DNA of 64,000 nucleotides from Actinomycetota bacterium (GCA_035759705.1 DASTUJ010000138.1:87-64086), one strand, 5' to 3'. Shown: positions 26,351 through 35,819, numbered from the stretch's first letter. The notes: generated by a model from the letters alone, not told the origin. Numbers and translations are program-made.

Positions 26351-26818
26351 ATGTCCACCACCGACCTGCGCAGCCGCCGGGACGAGGTCCGTGAGCTGGA
26401 AGCGGAGTTCAGCTATGCCCGCCGCCTTCTGCAGGGCAAGATCGACATCCTGGCCGCCGAGCTGAAGCGGCGCTCGGAGGGCGGAGAGGCCGGCATGGGA
26501 GACCTGGTCAGCCGGCTGCCCTCCATCCTTGCCGACGAGCCCCGCTCCGGCGGCGCCACCCGCCTGCTGGAGTCCGATCTCCCTCGCAACGCCGGCAAGT
26601 TCCGCAGGTACACCGAGAGGCTGGCTACCGGACTGGCACACATCGAGACCTCAACCCCCGAAGAGCTCACCGCGATGGTCACCGAGCTGGGAGCCGAGGA
26701 GCGAAAGGTCTCCGAAGACCGCCGGCGGGCCCAAAAGATCATCGACGGGCTGAACGCAGAGCTGGTGAGGCGGTACCAGAAGGGTGATGAGGACCCCTCG
26801 GCTCTTTTGAGCAGCTAG
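26351..26818 (+). CDS. Hypothetical coiled-coil protein (start uncertain)
   Basis: The ORF extends from 26075, but coding-like composition and charged heptad-like repeats begin around ATG 26351 (MSTTDLRSRRDEVRELEAEF). No motif was recognised. Confidence 0.45.
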   Translation: MSTTDLRSRRDEVRELEAEFSYARRLLQGKIDILAAELKRRSEGGEAGMGDLVSRLPSILADEPRSGGATRLLESDLPRNAGKFRRYTERLATGLAHIETSTPEELTAMVTELGAEERKVSEDRRRAQKIIDGLNAELVRRYQKGDEDPSALLSS

Positions 26819-26825
26819 CGGGCCG

Positions 26826-27605
26826 GTGGAACCCAGCGCTTTTGAGGTGAACGAACCCCCCTCCCAGTCCGGCCCCCCGGCCGAGTTCGAGACGGAGACC
26901 GACTACCGGGCCGAGCTTGAACGAACCCGCTCGCAGCTCCTGGTGTTCGCCCGGGACATGAGTGCGGTTTACCAGAGGAAGCGGGAGCACGAACAAAAGC
27001 TCGGCGCCCTGCTCGAGGAGCTCCGAACCGACTACCTCTCGATTGTGGAGACCCTCGCCCTGGTGGTGGAGGCCAAGGACCAGTACACCGCCAACCACCT
27101 CGAACGGTGCAAGCGTTACGGCATCGCGCTGACCAGCCGTATCGATGCGGCGATGATCACCCCGCAGCTCCAGTACGGATTCCTCCTGCACGACGTCGGC
27201 AAGATCGGCATCCCGGAGGCGATCCTCATGAAGCCCGGACCGCTGACCTCCGAGGAGATGACCGTCATGAGAACCCACCCCTTGATCGGGGTACAGATCG
27301 TCGCCCCGATGCGCCGGGTGCTGGACGAGGTGACGGTGGAGGTCATCCGCCACCACCACGAGCGGTTCGACGGCAACGGGTACCCGGACGGCCTCAAAGG
27401 GGAGGACATCCCGCTGTCGGCCAGGATCTTCAGCGTCGTGGACAGCTTCGACGCCATGACCACGAACCGGCCCTACCGCAAGGCCCTTCCCCTGGATGAG
27501 GCTCTCACCCGCCTCAGGGCCGAAGCGGGCAAGCAGTTCGATCCCGATGTCGTGGCCGAGTTCGAGCTGCTGATGCAGAGCATCCAGTCTCCCGAGGACT
27601 GGTAA
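26826..27605 (+). CDS. HD-GYP domain c-di-GMP phosphodiesterase
   Basis: The HD motif (LLHDVGKIGIP) and GYP motif (HHERFDGNGYPDGL) are both present. The start is GTG. Confidence 0.9.
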   Translation: MEPSAFEVNEPPSQSGPPAEFETETDYRAELERTRSQLLVFARDMSAVYQRKREHEQKLGALLEELRTDYLSIVETLALVVEAKDQYTANHLERCKRYGIALTSRIDAAMITPQLQYGFLLHDVGKIGIPEAILMKPGPLTSEEMTVMRTHPLIGVQIVAPMRRVLDEVTVEVIRHHHERFDGNGYPDGLKGEDIPLSARIFSVVDSFDAMTTNRPYRKALPLDEALTRLRAEAGKQFDPDVVAEFELLMQSIQSPEDW

Positions 27606-27651
27606 AAACCCGTTACCTGGCTAACCCCTGCGTTCTGTTAGCGTCGATCGA

Positions 27652-28689
27652 GTGGAAGTCACAGCTCATCCGATAGAAGGCGCCTTCGACCTGCCCGAGT
27701 GGCAGGAGCTGCTCGAGGCAGACCCGAACAGGCACGTCTTCGCCACCCCCGAGTGGAGCCGCCTGTGGTGGAACCGGTTTGGGGAGGGCAAACAGGAGGG
27801 CCTGGTGCTGACCTTTTCCGACCCCGGCACGGTCGCGCTGGCCGCGTTGACCATCGACCGAACGGAAGAAGGCCGCAGAGTCCGCTTTCTGGGAGGCGAC
27901 GACCTCACCGACTACCAGGGCCCGCTGATCGCGTCCGAGAGGCACCGTCCCGCGGTGGCCGAGGCGTTCATCCGGTACCTCGTTGAGACGTTCGACGACT
28001 GGGACTACCTGGAGGCCAAGGGACTTCCTGTGCCTTTCCACTTCTCGGAGTGGCTGGTTGAGGCCGCAGACCGGATGAAGCTCCGGTTCGAGCTGGAGCT
28101 GCATGAGCTGACGGCGGTGCTGATGCTCCCGGACTCCTGGGACACCTACCTCGCCGGCCTGGGCAAGAAGAAGCGGCACGAGCTGGAGAGGAAGACCCGC
28201 CGTTTTGAACGGGAGGCCCCCGACGCCGTGCTGCGCAGCACCGGCGACGAAACGCTCGAGGCGGACATCGAGGCGTTCATCCGCCTCCACAAGACCAGCG
28301 CCGGCGAGAAGGGCGAGTTCATGCTGCCCGCCCGCGAGGAGTTCTTCCGGGAGATCGCCCGCACCCTCCAGCCGATGGGGATGCTGGCGCTCGACTTCCT
28401 CGAGCTGGACGACAAGCCGATCGCCGCCACCATCTCGTTCCGGTACGACAACGTCTTTTACCTGTACAACTCGGCCTACGACCTCACCCTGCGCCCGATA
28501 TCGCCCGGGCTGATCCTGGTCTCCCGCCTGATACAGCGATCGATTGGCGAAAAGGCCAGGCGTTTCGATTTCCTGAGGGGCCGGGAACGGTACAAGTACG
28601 ACCTGGGGGCGGAGGCGCTGCCTCTCCACTGGATCCTGATCCGCCACCCTTCCGGGATGGCGACGGAATCCGGCCGTCCCAGTAAGTAA
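27652..28689 (+). CDS. GNAT-fold acyltransferase of the CelD/FemAB-like (BioF2-like) family
   Basis: 345 aa with the conserved C-terminal block (ISFRYDNVFYLYNSAYD...PGLILVSRLIQRSI...FDFLRG) typical of this family. Confidence 0.75.
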   Translation: MEVTAHPIEGAFDLPEWQELLEADPNRHVFATPEWSRLWWNRFGEGKQEGLVLTFSDPGTVALAALTIDRTEEGRRVRFLGGDDLTDYQGPLIASERHRPAVAEAFIRYLVETFDDWDYLEAKGLPVPFHFSEWLVEAADRMKLRFELELHELTAVLMLPDSWDTYLAGLGKKKRHELERKTRRFEREAPDAVLRSTGDETLEADIEAFIRLHKTSAGEKGEFMLPAREEFFREIARTLQPMGMLALDFLELDDKPIAATISFRYDNVFYLYNSAYDLTLRPISPGLILVSRLIQRSIGEKARRFDFLRGRERYKYDLGAEALPLHWILIRHPSGMATESGRPSK

Positions 28690-28837
28690 GGAATAACCAC
28701 AGGCTTCGGCTACCATTTTCCTAGTAGGCATAACGAGCGTAGTTTGCCAACATCCCGATTACGAAGGACGCCCCGCACTGGCCGTTAGAGATTTAACCCT
28801 GATTCCCGAGTCATTCCGGCCGGTCCGGCGTGTCGCG

Positions 28838-30124
28838 ATGCTTGTCGTGCACTCCAACCCCCTGGCCGAGCCCGGCTCGGGTGACGCCGGCGGCATGACG
28901 GTCTACGTCCGGCAGATGGCCGCAAGCCTCGCCCAGCGGGGCATCGAGGTGGACATCTTCACCCGGCGAGACTCAGCGGACTCGAAGACCGAGGTCACCC
29001 TCCGGCCGGGCGTGCGGGTCATCCAGGTCGAGGCCGGGGCTCCCGGCCTATCAAAGGAGCAGATCCCCGCCTACCTGCCCGAGTTCAGCGCCAACCTGCT
29101 CAAGTTCGTCGAGAGCTCAGGGATTTCCTACGACGTCGTCCACAGCCACTACTGGCTTTCGGGCAAGGTGGCCGCCATCGTCGCCGCCCGCTGGGGGGTC
29201 CCTTTCGTACACACCTTCCACACCCTCGGCCGCGAGAAGAACCGCGCCCGCCGTCCGGGAGACCTCATGGAGCCGGAGTTCCGGCTGGACGGGGAGGCGC
29301 GGGTGATCGCCGACGCCTGCGCGATCGTGGCCAGCACCGCGGAGGAGCGCAAGGCCCTCATCGATCTCTACTCGGCTCACCCGGAGCGCATCCACCTCAT
29401 CCCGCCGGGCGTGGACCATGCCACGTTCCGCCCCGACAACCGGGAGGCGGCCAAGCACGCCCTCGGCCTCGAGGGCAAGAAGGTCATGCTCTTCGTCGGC
29501 CGGCTGCAGCCGTTGAAGGCGGCCGACGTCGCCATCGAAGCTCTGGGACATCTGGTCCGCTGGGGAAGGGTGGGCCTGGACGACGTGCGTCTTCTGATCG
29601 TCGGAGGGTCCAGCGGCAAGTCCGGCTCGGGGGAGTCCGAGAGGCTGGCGGAGCTGGTTGCCGGTCTGGGCCTGTCGGAGGCGGTCCAGTTCGTCCCGGC
29701 GCAGCCGCACAACCGCCTGCCCGCCTACTACCAGGCGGCCGACGTGTGCCTGGTCCCCTCCTACACCGAGTCGTTCGGCCTGGTTGCGCTGGAGGCCCAG
29801 GCGTCGGGGGTCCCGGTGGTGGGATCCGCTGTCGGAGGCCTGAAGGCCATCGTCCGTCACGGGCAGACCGGCTACCTCGTGGCGCCCGGGGCGTCGGAGT
29901 CATTCGCAGAGCGGACGTGGATGGTCCTGTCGGACGACCGCCTCTCGGAGAGCATGGGCAGGCTGGCGGTCTGCTCGTCCGGCGACTTCGCGTGGGACCG
30001 CTCGGCCGGTGAGCTGCACGATCTTTACACCGCAGGGTCCAAGAGCAACGACTGTTCCCCCTCTTCGATGTGGAGTGGGAAGAAACCTTTCGGGTCGCGA
30101 ACAATTGTCCTGAAGCGGTCTTGA
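28838..30124 (+). CDS. mshA: D-inositol-3-phosphate glycosyltransferase MshA-like (GT4)
   Basis: Has the MshA signature N-terminus (VHSNPLAEPGSGDAGGMTVYV, VVHSHYWLSG) and the GT4 EX7E region (PSYTESFGLVALEAQASGVPVV). An in-frame TTG at 28745 would add RRVAM upstream, so the true start may be earlier. Confidence 0.85.
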   Translation: MLVVHSNPLAEPGSGDAGGMTVYVRQMAASLAQRGIEVDIFTRRDSADSKTEVTLRPGVRVIQVEAGAPGLSKEQIPAYLPEFSANLLKFVESSGISYDVVHSHYWLSGKVAAIVAARWGVPFVHTFHTLGREKNRARRPGDLMEPEFRLDGEARVIADACAIVASTAEERKALIDLYSAHPERIHLIPPGVDHATFRPDNREAAKHALGLEGKKVMLFVGRLQPLKAADVAIEALGHLVRWGRVGLDDVRLLIVGGSSGKSGSGESERLAELVAGLGLSEAVQFVPAQPHNRLPAYYQAADVCLVPSYTESFGLVALEAQASGVPVVGSAVGGLKAIVRHGQTGYLVAPGASESFAERTWMVLSDDRLSESMGRLAVCSSGDFAWDRSAGELHDLYTAGSKSNDCSPSSMWSGKKPFGSRTIVLKRS

Positions 30125-30469
30125 CGCTCCTCAAAGGGCTGGGTAACTTGTCCCAGTCGCACGCAGCCCGGTAAACCGCCGGCAGCGAAGCGGTCTCGAA
30201 GAGGGCAGAGCGAATCCTCGTTGGTCTCTCGTCTTTGAAGGTTTTGGCCTACATCGACGTGGATTTGGGCGGGAAGGCACTGCATCTACGGGATTGTGGT
30301 TGCCGGGATTTTCCGGCCGTGTGGGACTGGCAGGGCCCAAGATGCCGTAAGGAAGCACAAAACTGTGTTCGGGGAAGTGCGCAGTGGAGTGCGACTCGAG
30401 GTACCTCGGGCCCTGCTTCTTTTTGTCTCCGTATGTTCGCGTCGAGAGCGCGAATAAATCTCGTCTGCC

Positions 30470-30505
30470 GCCCTTGACCGGTTCGGCCGCGCGCCGTAGT
30501 TTTCG
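30470..30505 (+). promoter_or_regulatory. Candidate sigma70-type promoter (TTGACC-17 nt-TAGTTT) inside a 700-bp non-coding gap
   Basis: CCCTTGACCggttcggccgcgcgccgTAGTTTtcg has near-consensus -35 and -10 elements at optimal spacing. Confidence 0.3.
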
Positions 30506-30827
30506 AGTATCCCGAGCGATACCGGGGACCGGCAGCGGATCCTTCCGGCAGCTCATCCCAAGGCCGAAACCTTGTCGGCGGACCGGGCAACCAGGTCTGT
30601 CCACAGGTAGTACAGCTTTTGAGCGTCGGAGGTGATCGCAAAGGCCCCAGGGATTGCTCGGGACACTTTTAGGGCTCAGGGCAATAAGGTTGCGTGGCCC
30701 GCCGTAGCTACTGCACGAAGCACCGGCGAAAGCCGGCCGATCGAGCGGTTCTGGGGCCGGGTTGTGTGGCCCCAACTCCTGAGCCTTAAATGTGTCCCGA
30801 GCAAGGCGCGGTCTGGGATACTGCCGG

Positions 30828-31650
30828 AATGGACACAGATCGCAAGGTAGCCGTTCTCGGCTCCGGCAAGATGGGCGAGATCCTCGCCGCAGGCATGGTT
30901 CGCTCCGGCGTCTGTTCCGCCGGGCAGATTCTGGTCACCGACGCCGACCCGGATCGTCTCCAGCAGGTAGCCGGCCGCCATGGCTTTTCGGCCGCAAAGA
31001 GCAACCGGGAGGCCGTCGAGGAAGCCGGGGTCGTGGTACTGGCGGTCAAGCCCAAGGACATCGACGGTCTGCTCGCCGAGATCGGCCCCGCTCTGGGGGC
31101 CGGCACTCTGGTTATCTCAATCGCTGCGGGCATCACCACCGGCGCCCTGGAACACGGTTTGGGCGACGGGGCAACTGTGGTTCGCGCCATGCCGAACGCC
31201 GCGTCCTCTGTTGGCGAAGGCATCACTGCCATCTGCCCGGGCAGCGCAGCCGGCGACGAACACCTGGCCGTGGCCCGGGAGCTGCTGGAGGGCGTGGGGC
31301 CGGTCCTGTCGGTGGGCGAGGCCTACATCGACGCGGTGACGGCGGTCTCCGGCTCTGGTCCCGCCTACTTCGCCCTTTTCGCCGAGGCTATGGTCGATGC
31401 CGGCGTCACGGTTGGCCTGCCCCGGGAGATCTCAGCCCGGCTCGTGGCCCAAACTATGAAGGGCACGGCAGCGTTGATCACCCAGGGGATGGAGCCGGTG
31501 GAGGTTCGCGCAGCCGTCACCTCTCCCGGAGGCACCACCGCGATGGCGGTCCGGGAGTTGGAGAGGGCCGGGGTGCGTGCCGGAATCCTGAACGCCGTTC
31601 AAGCTGCCTTCGACCGGGCCAGAGGGCTGGCAGGAGCCGAAGGCAAGTAG
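30828..31650 (+). CDS. proC: Pyrroline-5-carboxylate reductase
   Basis: NADP-binding N-terminus (VAVLGSGKMGEILAAGMV) and a conserved C-terminal dimerisation domain (VTSPGGTTAMAVRELERAG). Confidence 0.9.
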
Positions 31651-31656
31651 GTTTCT

Positions 31657-31767
31657 AGGCCGAACCGCCGCCGGACTTCTTGGCGGCCTTCTTGGCCTTC
31701 TTCGCTGCCTGGGCGGCGTCGTTCTTCGGACGCTTCTTCTCTTTGGGTGCAGGCTGCTTAGCCACTT
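31657..31767 (-). CDS. Small Lys/Ala-rich basic protein (36 aa, hypothetical)
   Basis: A GTG start sits 6 nt after a strong SD (AAGGGAGG). It encodes VAKQPAPKEKKRPKNDAAQAAKKAKKAAKKSGGGSA*, which fell below the ORF-track length cutoff. Confidence 0.35.
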
Positions 31768-31953
31768 CGCCTCCCTTTGATTCAGGTGGTGGGCCTGGCC
31801 GTCGAAGGATCGAGCAGGCTCCCACATGGTGCCACCTCTAACAGCAAAATGGCGCCGTTGCCGGGTGAGGGATCATACCGCGCCCGATAGCAGGGGTTGC
31901 CCTATGTTGCCCAGTGGGGCGGGATGTATACTCCCGAAAAAAAGGGTGAGCGA

Positions 31954-32148
31954 ATGGCTCGTGAAAAACAGGGGTTCCAGTTTCTGACCGTGAGCGAGGT
32001 CGCTCTGCTGATGCGTGTATCCAACATGACGGTTTACCGACTGATCAAGTCCGGAGCTCTAAAGGCGGTGCAGGTCGGTAACCGCTACCGGGTTAAAGAG
32101 TCGGATGTTCACCAGTATCTTGATGACCATTACGTCAGGGCGGTCTAG
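31954..32148 (+). CDS. Excisionase/MerR-like HTH DNA-binding protein (BldC-like small regulator)
   Basis: LTVSEVALLMRVSNMTVYRLIKSGALKAVQVGNRYRVKESDV is the HTH_17/excisionase-family fold. It is about 64 aa from ATG 31954, which follows an AAAGGGTGAG SD. Confidence 0.7.
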   Translation: MAREKQGFQFLTVSEVALLMRVSNMTVYRLIKSGALKAVQVGNRYRVKESDVHQYLDDHYVRAV

Positions 32149-32259
32149 GCAGAGTCTCTAAGCTGAGGTTCGCTCGATGCGCGCCTCGAAAATGCAGTCT
32201 GCTCTACGAATAGATCGACGGTAGATGGCGCGCCGGCACTAACTTAAAAGGGATGCCAA

Positions 32260-33156
32260 GTGGCGCGTGTTTCTCAGAAAGAGTTGATCGACCGGCTCGT
32301 CGAGTCGTGCCACACCATCGTCCTGCTCGGGGGCATCGACTCCGGTAAAACCAGCTTCGGGCTCAGCCTCGCGGAAGCCGCCCGGCGTAAGGGAATCTCG
32401 GTTGCCTACGTCGACGCCGACCTGGACCAGTCCACGGTCGGCCCGCCTACCTGTGTGGGCCTCAAGTTCTGCACCGACCTGGAGAGGGTTGACGCCCAGA
32501 CCGTCCGGGACGCCGACGAGCTCGGCTTCGTCGGCGCCTACTCGGCCGAGGGAAACCTGACGGCGGTGGTGGCCGGAACCGCCCGCCTGGTCAACCACGC
32601 CCGGGACGCCGGGTGCCGGCTCGTCATCGTCGACACGGGAACGCTCATCTCCGGGACGGACGCCGAGCTGCTCAAATTCCACAAGCTGGACCTGGTCCGG
32701 CCCGACCACGTGGTCGGCTTTCAAAGAGGCGAGGAGCTCGACCCCATCCTCGGCGTTCTAAGCCGCTTCTTCTCGCTCGACGTCACGGCACTCAAGGTCG
32801 ACGGTGAGATCGCCGAACGGTCCGCCGAGGACCGGCTCGCGGCCCGGGAGAAGGCCCTCGCCTCCTTCTTCGTCCCGCCGATATCCAAGTGGCGGGTTAA
32901 GCGGACGGTTTTTATGCCCACGCTCGCTCCCGACACCGATGCGAGGCGCCTGGACGGCCTGCTGGTGGGGCTCGAGGACGGCAAGGGCAAGTGCCGCGGC
33001 ATCGGCCTTCTGGAGTACACCGAGGAGGGCGATGTGCTCAGGATGGTATCGTCAGTAGGCACCGGTGCCAGAGGTCTCAGGCTCGGATCGGTCCGCCTGA
33101 CCGTGGAAGGTAAGACCATCGGCAGGTTCGAAGCAGAAGAGATCTTCAGCAGCTAG
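32260..33156 (+). CDS. P-loop NTPase, Clp1/Grc3-like polynucleotide kinase family (tentative)
   Basis: The Walker A LLGGIDSGKTSFGLSLA resembles archaeal Clp1 (GxxDxGKTT). It also has a VIVDTGTL Walker-B-like strand. Length is 298 aa. Confidence 0.55.
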   Translation: MARVSQKELIDRLVESCHTIVLLGGIDSGKTSFGLSLAEAARRKGISVAYVDADLDQSTVGPPTCVGLKFCTDLERVDAQTVRDADELGFVGAYSAEGNLTAVVAGTARLVNHARDAGCRLVIVDTGTLISGTDAELLKFHKLDLVRPDHVVGFQRGEELDPILGVLSRFFSLDVTALKVDGEIAERSAEDRLAAREKALASFFVPPISKWRVKRTVFMPTLAPDTDARRLDGLLVGLEDGKGKCRGIGLLEYTEEGDVLRMVSSVGTGARGLRLGSVRLTVEGKTIGRFEAEEIFSS

Positions 33157-33193
33157 ACCGCTGAGGCCGAATTTCTTAGGAGAAGGGCTCGAT

Positions 33194-33295
33194 TTGTCAT
33201 CTGTCGTAAAGAAGCGCAGGAAAAAGATGCGCAAGAAGAAGCACAAGAAGATGTTGAAGCGGACGCGCTGGCAGCGCCGGCAGCAGGGTAAGTAG
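33194..33295 (+). CDS. Ribosomal protein bS22-like (33-aa actinobacterial small basic protein)
   Basis: TTG-SSVVKKRRKKMRKKKHKKMLKRTRWQRRQQGK* resembles the mycobacterial bS22 motif (…[21 protein letters not shown]…). An SD AGGAGAAGG lies 8 nt upstream. Confidence 0.75.
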   Translation: MSSVVKKRRKKMRKKKHKKMLKRTRWQRRQQGK

Positions 33296-33307
33296 GCCTT
33301 CCGCCAG

Positions 33308-34120
33308 ATAACCTTTCTCTCCGACTTCGGACTGGCCGACGAGTACGTCGCAGTCTGCAAGGCGGTGATTAGGAGTATCGCTCCGGGTGCGGAGATCGCA
33401 GACATCAGCCACCTCATCGAGCCCTACGGGGTGCGTCAGGGTGCCGTGGTGCTGTATGAGTCCGTCCCCTACTTCCCACAATCGGTCCACCTCGCAGTTG
33501 TCGACCCGGGTGTTGGTTCGGCCCGGCGCGCCGTGATCCTCTCGGTAGCCGGCGGCAGCTCGCTGCTGGTCGGGCCCGACAACGGCCTCCTTATGCCCTC
33601 CGCCGCCCGTCTGGGCGGCGTCGAGGGCGCCTGGGAGATCGCCAACCCCGAGCTGGGCCTCCCGGTCCGCTCCTCGACCTTCCACGGGCGGGACGTCTTC
33701 TCTCCGGCGGCCGCCCACCTGTTCCTAGGGGTCGCCCCGGCAGAGTTCGGTCCCGGGGTCGACCCAGGCTCCCTGGTGCGGCTGGAGGAGACCACGGTGG
33801 CGGACCTCGGCAGCCACCTGAGCGGCGAGGTCGTGCACGTCGACCGGTTCGGGAACCTGCAGACCAACCTTCGTAGTGTCCACCTGGACCGCCTGAACGC
33901 CGTACCCGGCGACCGGCTGCAGGTCCGTCTGGGAGAGCGCGTTGTGGAGGCGACCGTACGCCGGTCTTACTCCTTCGGCGAGGTGGGGGAGCTGCAGCTG
34001 GTGGTGGACTCGCACGGCTGCGTCGCGATCTGCGTCAACGAGGGGAGTGCGGCCCTGCTGACCGGCGCCCGGCCCGGTTCGACCGTGCTGCTGGGAGCTG
34101 GAGGGTTTGCGGAGGGCTAG
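33308..34120 (+). CDS. SAM hydroxide adenosyltransferase family protein (DUF62); start codon unresolved
   Basis: The conserved N-terminal ITFLSDFGLADEYVAVCKAV lies in frame directly after the bS22 TAG. No ATG, GTG or TTG precedes it (ATA 33308 or CTG 33332 are the only in-frame candidates). The ORF-track start GTG 33365 would delete the conserved DFG motif. Confidence 0.7.
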   Translation: MTFLSDFGLADEYVAVCKAVIRSIAPGAEIADISHLIEPYGVRQGAVVLYESVPYFPQSVHLAVVDPGVGSARRAVILSVAGGSSLLVGPDNGLLMPSAARLGGVEGAWEIANPELGLPVRSSTFHGRDVFSPAAAHLFLGVAPAEFGPGVDPGSLVRLEETTVADLGSHLSGEVVHVDRFGNLQTNLRSVHLDRLNAVPGDRLQVRLGERVVEATVRRSYSFGEVGELQLVVDSHGCVAICVNEGSAALLTGARPGSTVLLGAGGFAEG

Positions 34121-34301
34121 TGGATTTTGGAGCGTGCCGCCGTCTAGCGGGGAACGCTGCTCATCTGGAGGACCGAGAGGGCTCCCATCAGCAAAATTGC
34201 CAGGAGCAGCACCGCTACGGCCACGATCGTATTCCGTCTCACCCAATGAGGATATCGTGAGCCAACGTAATTGGGCACGACCGTGACACGGGAGTAGCAA
34301 A

Positions 34302-34559
34302 ATGGGTTCGTTTCTCTACGCAATCATCGTCGGCGGGATCGCCGGCTGGCTGGCCAGCATGGTTACGGGCACCAACGAGCGGATGGGTTGCCTGTTGAAC
34401 ATCGTCGCAGGGATAGTCGGGGGGTTCATTGGAGCCTGGGTCTTCCAGAAGACCGGCATGCAGATGCCGGGAGGAACCTGGGTGGGCCCGATTGTGGTGT
34501 CGTTCGTCGGCGCAGCGATTCTGCTGGGCATCGTTCGGTTGTTGACCGGGCGGGGCTAG
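34302..34559 (+). CDS. GlsB/YeaQ/YmgE-family stress-response membrane protein
   Basis: 85 aa with two TM helices and the GGIAGWLAS...GFIGAW family signature. Confidence 0.85.
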   Translation: MGSFLYAIIVGGIAGWLASMVTGTNERMGCLLNIVAGIVGGFIGAWVFQKTGMQMPGGTWVGPIVVSFVGAAILLGIVRLLTGRG

Positions 34560-34563
34560 CGGT

Positions 34564-34971
34564 CTACTTCCCGAGCTGAAGGGTCAGCTCGCAGATCGCC
34601 CGCTCCAGCGTCTCGAGGCCCTCGGCCTTGCCGACGCACAACGCCACCCCAACGCCGGCCGCCTGCTGCTTGAGGTCTTTGTCCACGTAGGCGGTGTAGA
34701 GAATGATGTTCTGGTCCGGGGCGTCGGCGAGGATGCGCCGGGAGGCCTCGAGGCCGTTCATCCCGGCCATGGCGTGGTCTATGACCATGACGGCCGGACG
34801 GTGCTCGGCCGCCAGCTCCACGGCCTGGGCGCCGCTGCTGCCCTGGCCGACGATGTTGAACCCGTCCAGGGTAAGAAGCGACACGAGCATGTCCAGCACG
34901 TGTTTGGTGTCGTCGACGACCACTACGTCTATCGCCAAGATGTTCCTTTCCTTAGGCTTGCCGGGCGGCAT
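34564..34971 (-). CDS. Stand-alone response-regulator receiver domain protein (CheY-like)
   Basis: Has the acidic pocket DVVVVDD, a phospho-acceptor Asp in MVIDHAM, and Thr and Lys in LYTAYVDKD. Confidence 0.8.
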   Translation of the reverse strand: MPPGKPKERNILAIDVVVVDDTKHVLDMLVSLLTLDGFNIVGQGSSGAQAVELAAEHRPAVMVIDHAMAGMNGLEASRRILADAPDQNIILYTAYVDKDLKQQAAGVGVALCVGKAEGLETLERAICELTLQLGK

Positions 34972-35028
34972 GGCGCGCGGTTGGCCTTCAATTCACATTA
35001 CTTGAAGTTTCGCAGTTAGGGTGTAGGT

Positions 35029-35769
35029 GTGATGGGTCTCTTTCCTCTGGCTGCTGCACTGGTAAGCGGCACATTCTCAGCCTCACTCCTCCGCCAGTTT
35101 GCCCGCCGGCGTGGTCCTCACCAGCTGGCCTGGGGCATCGCGCTGGGCACCTTTGCCGCCGCTTCGGTGTTTGCCGCGGTGGGCATGCTCGCCGGCTGGT
35201 CCGGTTCCATCTTCCGGTTGTACTATCTGTTCGGCGCCCTGGTAAACGTGCCGATACTGGCTTTGGGTACCCTCTATCTCTATTTCCCGCGCCGGGTGGG
35301 CCACCTGGCGGCACTTTTGGTGGCGGCGGCATCGCTTTACGGCGCGGTAGCAGTTATGTCGGCCGAACTGGTCGAGGCGCCGCTCAGGATCTCGGGCGCG
35401 ATCCCCATGGGCTCAGAGGTCATGGCCCCCGCCGTCCGTGCGCTGTCCCGCTACTACTCCTACGCCGGCTTCCTGATCGTCGTGGCCGGTGCAATCTGGT
35501 CGGCGGTGAAGCTCGCACGCAAGCCGGGGGAGCGGTTCAAGCGACTGGCGCAGGGTAACGGCCTGATCGCCGCAGGGACTGTCGTGGTGGCGCTGGGAAG
35601 CGCCTTCGCCCGGCAGGGCCAGGGAACGGTGTTTGCGGTGGGCCTGGCGGTGGGCGTGACGGTCATGTACCTGGGGTTTCTCCGCACGAGCACGCCGCCC
35701 GGCCGAAAGGCGGCTGTTGCCGAGGCGCAGGGCGCGGTGGTGGCGACCAATGGTTCCTCGGGAGGTTAG
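35029..35769 (+). CDS. Hypothetical integral membrane protein
   Basis: 246 aa with about 6 TM helices and no recognised motif. Confidence 0.5.
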   Translation: MMGLFPLAAALVSGTFSASLLRQFARRRGPHQLAWGIALGTFAAASVFAAVGMLAGWSGSIFRLYYLFGALVNVPILALGTLYLYFPRRVGHLAALLVAAASLYGAVAVMSAELVEAPLRISGAIPMGSEVMAPAVRALSRYYSYAGFLIVVAGAIWSAVKLARKPGERFKRLAQGNGLIAAGTVVVALGSAFARQGQGTVFAVGLAVGVTVMYLGFLRTSTPPGRKAAVAEAQGAVVATNGSSGG

Positions 35770-35819
35770 CGCTGCGCGGCGGGCTTTTGCGAAGCAGCTG
35801 AGCGGGACCGGCGTGGATC

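Noticed and set aside
30125-30827. Attempt to assign the 700-bp gap to RNase P RNA, tmRNA, SRP RNA or a tRNA
   Set aside because: No GGAAAGTCCGG/ACAGAA RNase P boxes, no GGTTCGAnTCC T-arm, and no SRP domain IV motif were found by eye. A partial CCGGAAGGA match on the minus strand is too weak.
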